Shown: positions 55,052 to 64,000 of the stretch, in pieces | Numbering within the stretch: the stretch's first letter is position 1 | How the letters are laid out: the number at the start of each line of letters is the position of its first letter | Assembly: GCA_963785725.1 (NCBI GenBank) | Contig: CAWAWS010000007.1 | Location: 512,001 to 576,000, forward strand | DNA: 64,000 nucleotides | Direction of reading: 5' to 3' | Source of the DNA: an uncultured delta proteobacterium | Lineage (GTDB): Bacteria > Myxococcota_A > Polyangia > Palsa-1104 | The notes under the pieces: generated by a model | Seen by the model: the letters and a program-made list of their open reading frames with translations, nothing else | Told to the model about the DNA's origin: nothing | Databases searched by the model: none | Made by a program: the position numbers and the translations under genes

Positions 55052-55148
55052 ACTGAAGCAGTCACTTCAGTATCAGACGCTGAAGCAGCTCCTTCAGTAT
55101 CGCGCGCGGATCGCCGCTGAAGTCGCGCTGTTGCCGCGGCTTCAGCGG
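55052..55148. repeat. Three CTGAAG...CTTCAG hairpins after fumC, terminator/REP-like
   Basis: CTGAAGCAGTCACTTCAGTATC, CTGAAGCAGCTCCTTCAGTATC, CCGCTGAAG...CTTCAGCGG. Confidence 0.6.
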
Positions 55149-55657
55149 GCGACGGTGATGGTGACGGGGAGCGTGGTCGCGCCCGCGCTGGCGCGCGCGG
55201 CCACGCGAACGACCGCGTACGGCACGAGGTCGTCGGCGGGATCGACGGCCACCCAGGCGACGCCGGGGCCGCGCGAGCCGGCCAATTCCTGCCAGTGGCC
55301 GGGGACGTAGGTGTGGCCGATCCAGTGCTGCGTCACGAAGCCGTAGACGGTGAGGTCGACGGCGGCGTCGTGGCCGTCGGCGGGCGCGGCTTGCACGCGG
55401 AAGGCGGCGCCGTGGACGTTGACGATCTCGGCCACCCAGCGCTCGTCGCGCACGCCGCCGCAGGGCTTGCCGTAGCCGCCGTCGCGCGCGCCGATGGCGA
55501 CGGCGTCGCCGGCCGCCGGCAGCCAGAGCGTGTCGTCGGCGCTCGGCACGCACAAAGCGGGCGTCGGGCGCGGCTCGGCCGGCGGCACGTCGCCGGCGTC
55601 GGCAGGGCTGGCGCAGGCGGCGAGGGCGGCGAACATGACGGCGGTGAGGCGGCGCAT
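55142..55657 (-). CDS. Hypothetical lipoprotein
   Basis: MRRLTAVMFAALAA-C lipobox. Confidence 0.6.
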   Translation of the reverse strand: MRRLTAVMFAALAACASPADAGDVPPAEPRPTPALCVPSADDTLWLPAAGDAVAIGARDGGYGKPCGGVRDERWVAEIVNVHGAAFRVQAAPADGHDAAVDLTVYGFVTQHWIGHTYVPGHWQELAGSRGPGVAWVAVDPADDLVPYAVVRVAARASAGATTLPVTITVAR

Positions 55658-55812
55658 CTTCGAGGTCTCCTGCCGACCAGACGCACCGCACGCGCGATAT
55701 TCCTGCGCGCGCTGTCGATTTTGTGGCTGCGAGAGAAACAGACGTGCGCGGAGGCACACGCGATAGGGCGGAAACTGTAGTTGCGGCGGCTACTTGGCGG
55801 GAGGCTGCGGTG

Positions 55813-56121
55813 CTACTTCGTTTCGGCGGGCGGCGCGGCGACGGCGGGCGACGCGTCGACCGGGAACGGTCCGTACAGGCCGCCCGGACGATTGGTGCTC
55901 TTGCCGAACTCGACCCAGAACTCCGAGCCGTCGGGCGCGATGTGCAGCCACGTCTTGTGGCCGAAGCTGGCCGAGCGAATGCGCGGGCTGACGTCGATCT
56001 TCTCGGCGTTCTTCGGCGGCTTCTTCGTCGCCACGTGCTGATCGGTGTCGGTCAGCTTCTGGTACGACGCCTTGGCCGCGGCGAGCTGCGCTTCGGAGAG
56101 CGATGCGATCATCACGATCAT
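55813..56121 (-). CDS. Hypothetical protein
   Basis: TGATG coupling to ettA, strong GC3 bias. Confidence 0.55.
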   Translation of the reverse strand: MIVMIASLSEAQLAAAKASYQKLTDTDQHVATKKPPKNAEKIDVSPRIRSASFGHKTWLHIAPDGSEFWVEFGKSTNRPGGLYGPFPVDASPAVAAPPAETK

Positions 56122-57792
56122 CAGTGCACCAGCTTTTTGTATTTGATGCGGTGAGGTTGATCGGCCGCGGCGCCCAAGCGACGCTTGCGGTCGGCTTCGT
56201 ACGCCTGGTAGTTGCCCTCGAACCAGACGACCTGCGCGTCGCCTTCGAACGCCAGGATGTGCGTCGCCACGCGATCGAGGAACCAGCGATCGTGGCTGAT
56301 GACGACCGCGCAGCCGGCGAACTGATAGAGCGCCTCTTCGACGGCGCGCAGCGTGTCGACGTCGAGATCGTTGGTCGGCTCGTCGAGCAGGAGCAGGTTG
56401 CCGGCGGTCTTGAGCGTCATCGCCAGGTGCAAGCGGTTGCGCTCGCCGCCCGACAGCTCTTTGCCCAGCTTCTGCTGATCGGAGCCGCGGAAGCCGAACC
56501 ACGACGTGTAGGCGCGCGAGCTGATCTTCTGCTTGCCGAACTCGAGGAAGTCGGCGCCGAGCGAGATCTGGCTCCACACGCTCTTGTCGGGCGCGATCGC
56601 CTCGCGCGACTGATCGACGTAGGCCAGTTTCACCGTCGAGCCGACCTTGAGCTCGCCGCCGTCCGGCTTCTCTTGGCCGGTGATCATGCGGAACAGCGTC
56701 GTCTTGCCGGCGCCGTTGGGGCCGATGACGCCGACGATTCCGCCGCGCGGCAAGCGGAAGTCGAGGTTGTCGATGAGCACGTTCTCGCCGAACGCCTTCT
56801 TCAGATGGTCGGCGATGACGACGTCGTCACCGAGGCGCGGACCGATCGGGATCTGAATCTCGATCTCGTCCTGCTTGTGCTCGCCCTCTTGCGACAGCAG
56901 CTCTTCGTAGCGCTGGATGCGCGCCTTGGACTTTGCTTGGCGCGCTTTGGGCGACGCCTGCACCCACTCGAGCTCGCGCGCCAGCTGCCGCTGCCGCGAC
57001 GACTCCTGCTTCTCTTCGTCGGCCAGGCGCTTGCCCTTCTGCTCGAGCCACGACGAGTAGTTGCCCTTCCACGGGATGCCGGCGCCGCGATCGAGCTCGA
57101 GGATCCAGCCGGCGACGTTGTCGAGGAAGTAGCGATCGTGCGTGATGGCGACGACGGTGCCGGGGAAATCGGTGAGGAACTTCTCGAGCCAGGCGACCGA
57201 TTCGGCGTCGAGATGGTTGGTCGGCTCGTCGAGCAGCAGCATGTCGGGCTTCGACAAGCAGCAGCTGGCAGAGCGCGACGCGGCGCTTTTCACCGCCGGA
57301 CAGCTTGGTCACGTCCGCGTCGGGCGGCGGCAGACGCAAGGCGTCCATCGCGATCTCGAGCGTGCGATCGAGCTCCCAGGCGCCGGCGGCGTCGATGGCG
57401 TCCTGCAGCTTGCCTTGCTCGGCCATGAGCTTGTCCATGTCGGCGTCGGGATCGGCGAACTTGTTGCTCACCTCCTCGAAGCGACGCAGCAGCTCCTTGG
57501 TCTCTTTGACGGCCAGCTCGACGTTTCCCTTCACGTCGAGCGTCGGATCGAGCACCGGCTCTTGCGGCAGATAGCCGATCTTGATGCCTTCGGCCGGGTA
57601 GGCCTCGCCGATGAACTCCTTGTCGACGCCGGCCATGATGCGCAGAAGCGTCGACTTACCGGCGCCGTTGCCGCCGATGACGCCGATCTTCGCGCCCGGA
57701 TAGAACGAGAGGTAGATGCCCTTCAGGATCTCCCGCTTCGGTGGGACGATCTTGCGGAGCTCTTTCATCGTGAAGATGTATTGCTGCGCCAT
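56121..57792 (-). CDS. ettA: ABC-F energy-dependent translational throttle; frameshift near 57255
   Basis: [42 protein letters not shown], second ABC domain. Confidence 0.93.
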
Positions 57793-57811
57793 GGGCGCGA
57801 TTTCTAGCACA

Positions 57812-58786
57812 TCACGGGCAGGTCGTCGCCACCGAGCGTGACTGCCAGGTGTCCTCGTTCGTCAGGTACCACCAATCGCCGAGGAAGCAGCCGCTCGCCG
57901 TCTCGCCGCCGAACATGAACGCGAGCGAGCCCGTGATCGTGAACGCGGCGCCGGTGCGCGGCGTCGGCGGCGTGCCGGCCGGCGCCAAGCGCGTCGTCGT
58001 GGCGACGGTGCCGAGCGCGTCGACGTTGTCGATGGAGTAGACCGATGCGTTCGACAGCGCCAACAGCCGCATGGCCTGCGGATCCCAGCCGATGCCGTCG
58101 ACGAAGCTGCCCGACTGATCGCCCTTCAACGTCACCATGGCGCCGGTCGCGCGGTTGATGGAGTAGCTGTCCATCTCCACGCCGTTCCAGGTGAAGATTT
58201 GGTCGCGCGTGGGATCGGTGGCGGCGGCGCTGCCGGTGGCGGCGGTGAAGTCGATGGGATCGGCCCAGGTGCCTTGGTCGCTGTCGGCGAACTGCAGCGG
58301 CTGCGCGAAGACGCCGCCGACGATGAGCTGATCGTCGTCCGAATCGTAGATGGCCCACGGCTGCTGCGTCGCGCTCGGCGCGTTACCGGCCGTCAGCAGC
58401 TGCGTCCATGTAAGGTTGTTGATATCGAGCGCCCAGGTCTCGCTCGTGGGACCGCCGACGTAGAGGATGCGGCTGCGCTTGGTGTCGAGCGCGGCGGCGT
58501 AGCGGGACCAGCCGCCGGGCGAATTTCCCGTCGGGGCCAGCTTCAACCAGCCGCTGCAGGCGCCGAAGCTGTAGCGCCACAATTCGTCGCTGTTGATGCT
58601 GCCGCCCGCCAAGTTCGTGCCCGTTTGCCCGCCGTAGAGGTAGATCTCGTTGTAGCTGGGTGCCAAGACAGCCGTGGCGAAGGCGCGCGGCGACGGGCCG
58701 GTCGTCGGGCACAGCTCGCTGCCTTTGACGCCGCAACCTGCAATCACGAAGCAAAACGAAATAAGCCAAGAACGCATGCGGCGCAC
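57812..58786 (-). CDS. Kelch-repeat lipoprotein
   Basis: VIAG-C lipobox; YLYGG, LYVGG, FMFGG kelch-like motifs. Confidence 0.7.
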   Translation of the reverse strand: MRRMRSWLISFCFVIAGCGVKGSELCPTTGPSPRAFATAVLAPSYNEIYLYGGQTGTNLAGGSINSDELWRYSFGACSGWLKLAPTGNSPGGWSRYAAALDTKRSRILYVGGPTSETWALDINNLTWTQLLTAGNAPSATQQPWAIYDSDDDQLIVGGVFAQPLQFADSDQGTWADPIDFTAATGSAAATDPTRDQIFTWNGVEMDSYSINRATGAMVTLKGDQSGSFVDGIGWDPQAMRLLALSNASVYSIDNVDALGTVATTTRLAPAGTPPTPRTGAAFTITGSLAFMFGGETASGCFLGDWWYLTNEDTWQSRSVATTCP

Positions 58787-58852
58787 TATGGATCAATCGG
58801 TCGCCGTTTGTCGTGAGGGTCGCTACAGCTGCGGTTCCCGTCTGCGTTTCGG

Positions 58853-59302
58853 CTACATCCTGGCGCCGATGCCGGCGCCCATTCCGCCGCCTTCGAACAG
58901 CGCTGGGCCGACGTGGACGCGGTGATCGAAGAGGACGCGGGCGCGGCCGGGCAAGTGCGCGGCGGCGACGACGACGGTGCTGAAGAGGGCGATGCCGTCG
59001 GCGACGCCGCCGGTCGAGCCCGGCGTCGGGCCATACAGCCGCAAGAGATCGCGATCGCGCAGGTAATCGAGCGTGTAGCTGTGGTTGAAGCTGATCATGT
59101 CGCGCATGACGAGCTGCTCGTGCGCTTCGAAATACGAGACTTGGCGCGCCGGCCGCGGCGTGACGCCACCGCAGCGCAGCTCGGCGCCGCTCTCGTCGGC
59201 GCAGGGATCGGCGGTGAGGCGCAGCGGACCGCGCGGAATCGGCTCCGCGTGCACCGCGCCCGCGGCCAACAACAAGAACGCCATAGCTTGTATTCGCAAC
59301 AC
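58853..59302 (-). CDS. Hypothetical secreted protein
   Basis: Signal-peptide-like start, GC3 bias. Confidence 0.5.
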   Translation of the reverse strand: MLRIQAMAFLLLAAGAVHAEPIPRGPLRLTADPCADESGAELRCGGVTPRPARQVSYFEAHEQLVMRDMISFNHSYTLDYLRDRDLLRLYGPTPGSTGGVADGIALFSTVVVAAAHLPGRARVLFDHRVHVGPALFEGGGMGAGIGARM

Positions 59303-59658
59303 GAAGCCTGCATTTGCAAGCGTGAGACCGCTGCCTCCTCGAGTCGCGTCAATGCGCTGCGGCCACGTTTCCTAACGATTATTCGGCGCCGATTCGATAT
59401 CGCCTGCGTGCACCGGTTTCGCGCTGGGATAAATGTTTTCTCCGCGATCGGGAACTGCGGTCACCTCCCGTCCGAATCGCGAGAAATCAGGCGAAACCTG
59501 CAGCCGCGGTGGCGTCGCCGCGCGCTGAATCGCCGCCGCGACACATGACGCCGAATATCAGAAACATCATTGATATCGCGCGTCATGAAATCGATTCTTG
59601 GTCGCTAAATGGGGCTTGGCGCGACGGCTGCAGGATCCCTTGGCGACTGGAGGTGACC

Positions 59659-59916
59659 ATGAAGGTCCGTAACGTCTTGCTCGGCTTCATTGTGTGCGGC
59701 GCGGGTGCCTGCGCATCGTCGGTGGAGCTGGAGAATCAGTCGCGTGTGCATTCGCTGCGCGCCGACGCGGCGGCTCAGGGTCGCGATTACGCGGTCGCGG
59801 CGCGCGAGAAGGAGGAAGCGCAAGAGCTCCACGAAAAGGCCATGAAAAAGGCCTACAAAGAGGGGCGCACCGACGTTGTCGTCCCGGCTGACGTGAGCGC
59901 GCCGCCGACTCCGTAA
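59659..59916 (+). CDS. Small lipoprotein
   Basis: GGAGG RBS, signal peptide ending GA-C, helical body. Confidence 0.65.
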   Translation: MKVRNVLLGFIVCGAGACASSVELENQSRVHSLRADAAAQGRDYAVAAREKEEAQELHEKAMKKAYKEGRTDVVVPADVSAPPTP

Positions 59917-60000
59917 CGCGTTGCGCGAAGGCGCGCGGGCGCTGTCGTGCGCGGCCCGCGCGCCTTGACAGCGCGGCAAACCGTGGCCATCCATGCTGCG

Positions 60001-60297
60001 ATGTCGGCGGCGCGTCGGTGGCACGTCCTCGTTCGGCTGGCGCTCGCCTGCCCGGCGCTCGTGCTCGTCGGCGCAGCCAGAGCGTCGGCGGCCTACGCGG
60101 CGAGCGCCAAGCCGGCGGCGGCCGCGACCGAGACCGGCCGCGCGCTCGCGCGCCGCGCGGCGCCGCGACTATCGGCCCGATCGTTCGCGAACGTCACGCG
60201 CGACGCCACGCTGCATGCGCGTGCACCCCGCACGTCGGCGCGTCGCAGCGCGCCGGTCGCGCCGCTCTATCTGTTTCATTGCGCCTTACTGATTTGA
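60001..60297 (+). CDS. Hypothetical small protein
   Basis: Signal-like N-terminus, ends PLYLFHCALLI. Confidence 0.4.
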   Translation: MSAARRWHVLVRLALACPALVLVGAARASAAYAASAKPAAAATETGRALARRAAPRLSARSFANVTRDATLHARAPRTSARRSAPVAPLYLFHCALLI

Positions 60298-60356
60298 TTA
60301 TTCCTTCTCCGCGGATTCGAGAGCTTTCGAATATTTCTCCGACCGGAGGACGGGAT

Positions 60357-60590
60357 ATGTCCATTTGGAATTCGATCGTGCGTTATATCGATCCGCTGGT
60401 GCCGCGCCGCTCGCGAATGCGCCGGCGGCAGCCCACTTCAGCGACGGACGCTGCGGCCGACGATGTCGTGCACGGGTCGTCGTGGCAAGCGGAGCGGCCG
60501 CTCGTGTGCCGCGTCTGCGGATATCGCAGCGGGCCCGAGCATAAATATTGTCTGCGCTGCCTCACCGAAACGATGGAGCGCGCGCCGTGA
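60357..60590 (+). CDS. Small zinc-ribbon protein
   Basis: GGAGG RBS; CRVC...YCLRC. Confidence 0.6.
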   Translation: MSIWNSIVRYIDPLVPRRSRMRRRQPTSATDAAADDVVHGSSWQAERPLVCRVCGYRSGPEHKYCLRCLTETMERAP

Positions 60591-60648
60591 ATGGGCGACG
60601 ATATCGTTAATTCGATATTCGCCGCCGTCGAATGAACGCGATTCGCAA

Positions 60649-60846
60649 TCAGTCGACGATGCGTTTACCGCGGCGCATGCGCTGCAACGTGCGTCGATGA
60701 ATCCCCAACACCACCGCCGCCTCCGACAGATTCCCTTCGCACAGAAACAGCACCATATCGATATGGTTGCGAATGACGTTCTTGAGTTGGAGGTCACCGA
60801 ACCCGCGATGCTCGGGCGACTTACGACGCTTGGCGCGCTTCTTCAA
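60649..60846 (-). CDS. Stand-alone Fis-type helix-turn-helix protein
   Basis: HIDMVLFLCEGNLSEAAVVLGIHRRTLQR; AGGAG RBS before TTG. Confidence 0.75.
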   Translation of the reverse strand: MKKRAKRRKSPEHRGFGDLQLKNVIRNHIDMVLFLCEGNLSEAAVVLGIHRRTLQRMRRGKRIVD

Positions 60847-60983
60847 AGATCTGCTCCTCTTTAGATCATACTGTCGTTCGTCGCCGGCGGATCGACTGCT
60901 GAGACAATCTGTCGCAGCGGCCCGGCTCGGTCATAAGCGCCGCCGCGGCGATTGCACCGGTTGTCACGCGACAAAGACAACGA

Positions 60984-61622
60984 TCAGCGCATCTCGCCGA
61001 GCACGTGGCGCAGCTTGCCGAGGATGAGGTCGATGGCGATGTGGTTGTCGCCGCCTTCGGGCACGATCAAGTCGGCCCAGCGCTTCGAGGGCTCGACGAA
61101 CTGCAGATGCATCGGCCGCACGGTCGCGTAATACTGCTCGCGCACCTGCTGAAACGTGCGCCCGCGCTGCTCGAGATCGCGGCGAATGCGGCGAAAGACG
61201 CGCAAGTCGGCGTCGGTGTCGACGAAGATCTTGACGTCGAGCAGCTTGCGCACGCGCTCCTCGACGAAGACCAAGATGCCTTCGACGATCACGATGCGCG
61301 TCGGCTCGACCCGGCGCGGCTCCGGCAGGCGCGAGTGCGTCTTGAAGTCGTAGTTGGGCACGTCGACGGCGCGGCCTTCGCGCAGCGCCATCAAGTGCTC
61401 GACCATCAAGTCGTTGTCGAGCGAGTCGGGATGGTCGTAATTGAGGTGCGTGCGCTGGTCGAAGGTGAGGTCCGAGCGATCGCGATAATAGCTGTCGTGA
61501 TCGACGACGCCGACCGATTGCGCCGGCAGACCTTGCGCGATTTTGCGGGCGACAGTCGACTTTCCCGACCCAGTGCCACCGGCGATACCAATGAGAAGCG
61601 GCCGTTCCAAGCGGCGTGACAT
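60984..61622 (-). CDS. udk: Uridine kinase
   Basis: IGIAGGTGSGKST, DSYY, NYDHP, IVEGIL, FVEPSKRWAD. Confidence 0.95.
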   Translation of the reverse strand: MSRRLERPLLIGIAGGTGSGKSTVARKIAQGLPAQSVGVVDHDSYYRDRSDLTFDQRTHLNYDHPDSLDNDLMVEHLMALREGRAVDVPNYDFKTHSRLPEPRRVEPTRIVIVEGILVFVEERVRKLLDVKIFVDTDADLRVFRRIRRDLEQRGRTFQQVREQYYATVRPMHLQFVEPSKRWADLIVPEGGDNHIAIDLILGKLRHVLGEMR

Positions 61623-61715
61623 TAACAAATCGACGACGAATGGGAAGCGAAGATGCAGCGTTTTAGCGGCGAATTGCGCGCTGAAAACGGGAATTCCGGG
61701 CGTCGTGCGCGCGGA

Positions 61716-62216
61716 CTACGGCCGCAGCCGCGCCGGCGCGCCGTCGGCGATGGTCGACGGCCGGGCCGGTGGAACGCGGCCGTAATGCAGGTGGCTGGCG
61801 ACGCGCTGGTAGAACATGCGAATGTGCTCGCGGCCGTTGTGCCCGAGCGCGTCCGACACCGCGGGCGCCAAGTCGACGATGCCGCGCCAGTCGCCGGGCT
61901 CGTCCTTGTGAATCTTCATGCCCCATTCGCCCGTCGGCATGATGGCGCCGAACGGCCCGCGGTCGAGCACCTCGCACAGCGCGAACTGGCCGGTGCGCGG
62001 GTTCTCCAAGATGAGCGGCGTGCCGCACGGCAGCGTCCGATGCGCGCACACCAGCTGTCCCGGCTGAATCTTCTGATGCGTGCACGACAGGTGCTTGCCG
62101 GCCAAGAGATCGCCCGGGTCACCGAAGCGCGTCGCCAAGCCGCGATCGTAGCGCAGCGTCGTCAGCCCGAAGAGCGCCGTCACGAGCACGTGAATGGCCG
62201 TGATCAGCAGCGTCAT
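61716..62216 (-). CDS. RlpA-like double-psi beta-barrel protein
   Basis: CAHRTLPCGT, VLDRGPF, IVDLAPAV; ATGA overlap. Confidence 0.75.
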   Translation of the reverse strand: MTLLITAIHVLVTALFGLTTLRYDRGLATRFGDPGDLLAGKHLSCTHQKIQPGQLVCAHRTLPCGTPLILENPRTGQFALCEVLDRGPFGAIMPTGEWGMKIHKDEPGDWRGIVDLAPAVSDALGHNGREHIRMFYQRVASHLHYGRVPPARPSTIADGAPARLRP

Positions 62217-63136
62217 GACGCCACCTGCGCCGGCTTCTCGGCGAGCGCGGCGCGCAACGCCGCGATGCTCGCCGGGGTCGTGCCGCAACAGCCGCCCACC
62301 GCCGAGGCGCCGGCGTCGACGAGCGCGGCCGCGTGGCGCGCGAACGTCTCGTTGGACTCGGTCGAGCGGCCGGTGGCGCACTTGTCCGACATCTTCGCCT
62401 GCGGCTTGGCCCACACCGGCAGCGTGAAGCGCTCGCGCAGCGCGACGACCGCCTGCAGCATGCGCTCGGCTTCGATCGCGCAGTTCACTCCGACGGCGTC
62501 GGGCGTCACATCTTCTAGGGCGCGCACCATCTTTGCCATCGGCACGCCGTGCGGAGTTTCGAGCCCACTAATTCCCGGCATCAGCGCCATCGACGCGATT
62601 ACCGGTAGTTGCGGCGCGCCCAAACGTACGCCTTCGATCGCCGTGCGCAGCTCGGCCGGATGGAACTGCGTCTCCAGGTGAATCGCGACCACGCCCGCCG
62701 CGCACAAAGCCGCCGCCGCTTCGGCGTAGGCGTCGCGCAGCCAGCCGAGATCGGCGTTGGGGCCGAGCGGCAACGTCTCGCCGGTCGGACCCAAGCTGCC
62801 CACGATCTCGCACTTCGGCGCCGCTTGTTGCGCCAAGCGCACGGCCTCGATGCACAGCTCGGACACGCGATCCGCCAAACCGAAGCGCGCCAGCCGCGGA
62901 CGCGTCGCGCCGAACGTGTTCGTCTGAATGACCTCGGCGCCGGCCGCCGCGTAGGCCGCATGGATCGCGCGCACGTCATCGGGATGCGACAAGGTCCACG
63001 ACTCGGGCGACTCCTCGCGCACGCGCAAACCTCTGGCGATGAGCTCGGTGCCGAGCCCTCCATCCAGCAGCAGCGGTCGTGGTCGGTCCAGTCGCATTCG
63101 GGTAGATCGCATAGCCCGCTCGTGCGTTTTGATCAA
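62213..63136 (-). CDS. Homocysteine S-methyltransferase family protein
   Basis: LLDGGLGTEL, QTNTFG, GSLGPTG, GVNC, GGCCGTTP; start uncertain. Confidence 0.88.
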   Translation of the reverse strand: MIKTHERAMRSTRMRLDRPRPLLLDGGLGTELIARGLRVREESPESWTLSHPDDVRAIHAAYAAAGAEVIQTNTFGATRPRLARFGLADRVSELCIEAVRLAQQAAPKCEIVGSLGPTGETLPLGPNADLGWLRDAYAEAAAALCAAGVVAIHLETQFHPAELRTAIEGVRLGAPQLPVIASMALMPGISGLETPHGVPMAKMVRALEDVTPDAVGVNCAIEAERMLQAVVALRERFTLPVWAKPQAKMSDKCATGRSTESNETFARHAAALVDAGASAVGGCCGTTPASIAALRAALAEKPAQVAS

Positions 63137-63177
63137 GCGTGCCCATCTACATCAATAATCACGATGAGTTACAAAAA

Positions 63178-64000
63178 ATGGTCGCACGCGCGACACTTGC
63201 CGGCGGGGCTGCGGCGGTGGCCGCGCTGTTTCTGCCGGCGACCCTGGCGACGCTGCTGACGGCGCTGATCGTCACCTGCGCCGTCGCGCCGCCGCGTGAT
63301 TGGGCGGGCGCGGTGCCGGCGCTGATGTGGGCGATCGTCGCCGCGGCCGGCGCCGAAATGGGCGGGCGATTGGGCGTCGGCGTGACGGCGGTTGCCGTCG
63401 CTGCGGGGCTTTCACGCGGGGTCGCTGGCGCGGCGCGTTGGACTTCGCTCGCCACCGGAACGGTAGGCGCGCTCACCGCCGCGATGGTGGTGAACGCGCT
63501 GAAGGCGACCGACGCCTTCGCGAGCGTGCCCGACGGTCTGCGTGCGCTCGGCGAAGGCGCCGTCGGCGGCCTCATCGTCGGCGTGTCGGGAATCGGCCGA
63601 CTGCTCGCGCGAGCACGCGAGCCGCAGCTCGACGCGCTGGCGCAGCTGGCGGCGCTCGGCGATCAGTCGGAGCTCGGCCAGCTGCTCGGTCGCGCGGCGC
63701 GGGCCCATCGTGACGCGTTGGCGGCGATGGGCGACGAGGCGCCGGCGGCGCGCGCGGCGGCCGACGATCTCGTGCACAAGATGACGCGCTTCGGCCGCCG
63801 TTGGCGCGACCTCGAGCTGGAAGCGGCGCGCTCACGACCCGACGAGCTGGGCGCGCGCCTCCTTTTAATGGGCCGCAAGCTGGAGACGACGACCGACCCG
63901 CTGGCGCGGCTCGAGCTCGGTCGCGCGCAAGAGGCGATCACGGCGCAGCTCGGCTATCTCGACGAAATCCGTCACGGTCGCGAGCGGGCGATGGCGCGGC
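63178..64000 (+). CDS. Hypothetical membrane protein, 3' truncated by window
   Basis: Open frame MVARATLAGG... with several hydrophobic helices then a helical domain running off the end. Confidence 0.55.
   Translation, partial: MVARATLAGGAAAVAALFLPATLATLLTALIVTCAVAPPRDWAGAVPALMWAIVAAAGAEMGGRLGVGVTAVAVAAGLSRGVAGAARWTSLATGTVGALTAAMVVNALKATDAFASVPDGLRALGEGAVGGLIVGVSGIGRLLARAREPQLDALAQLAALGDQSELGQLLGRAARAHRDALAAMGDEAPAARAAADDLVHKMTRFGRRWRDLELEAARSRPDELGARLLLMGRKLETTTDPLARLELGRAQEAITAQLGYLDEIRHGRERAMAR

Overview
High-GC (about 70%) bacterial chromosome segment. The ECF sigma/FecR-PEGA-AgmX-like anti-sigma pair, the Ser/Thr kinase-AAA-TPR protein and the many lipoproteins suggest Myxococcota (inference). 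It is mostly housekeeping: metF, argCB, a nucleoside-catabolism operon (deoC-deoB-pdp-punA-cdd-amidohydrolase), dnaB, tRNA-Gln-prs-rplY-pth-rpsF-rpsR-rplI, glmS-moaC, sucAB, fumC, ettA, udk. Several essential genes carry single-base indels that look like long-read assembly errors. The standout signal is an AT-rich 16-bp palindrome (ideal TTGTGC-N4-GCACAA). I counted about 55 copies by eye, all within 2.7-27.5 kb and none after, mostly in arrays with 21-bp period. Copies lie between genes and also inside genes, as in-frame 7-aa repeats, signal-peptide sequence or rare-codon recoding. A PhaR-family DNA-binding protein with an AT-hook lies inside this cluster and has copies directly upstream, suggesting an undescribed site-array/DNA-binding-protein system. 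Also notable are a probable selenocysteine rhodanese (in-frame UGA plus SECIS-like hairpin) and a DeoC with a putative microcompartment encapsulation peptide and Cys cluster. All calls are from reading the sequence; no database searches were run.
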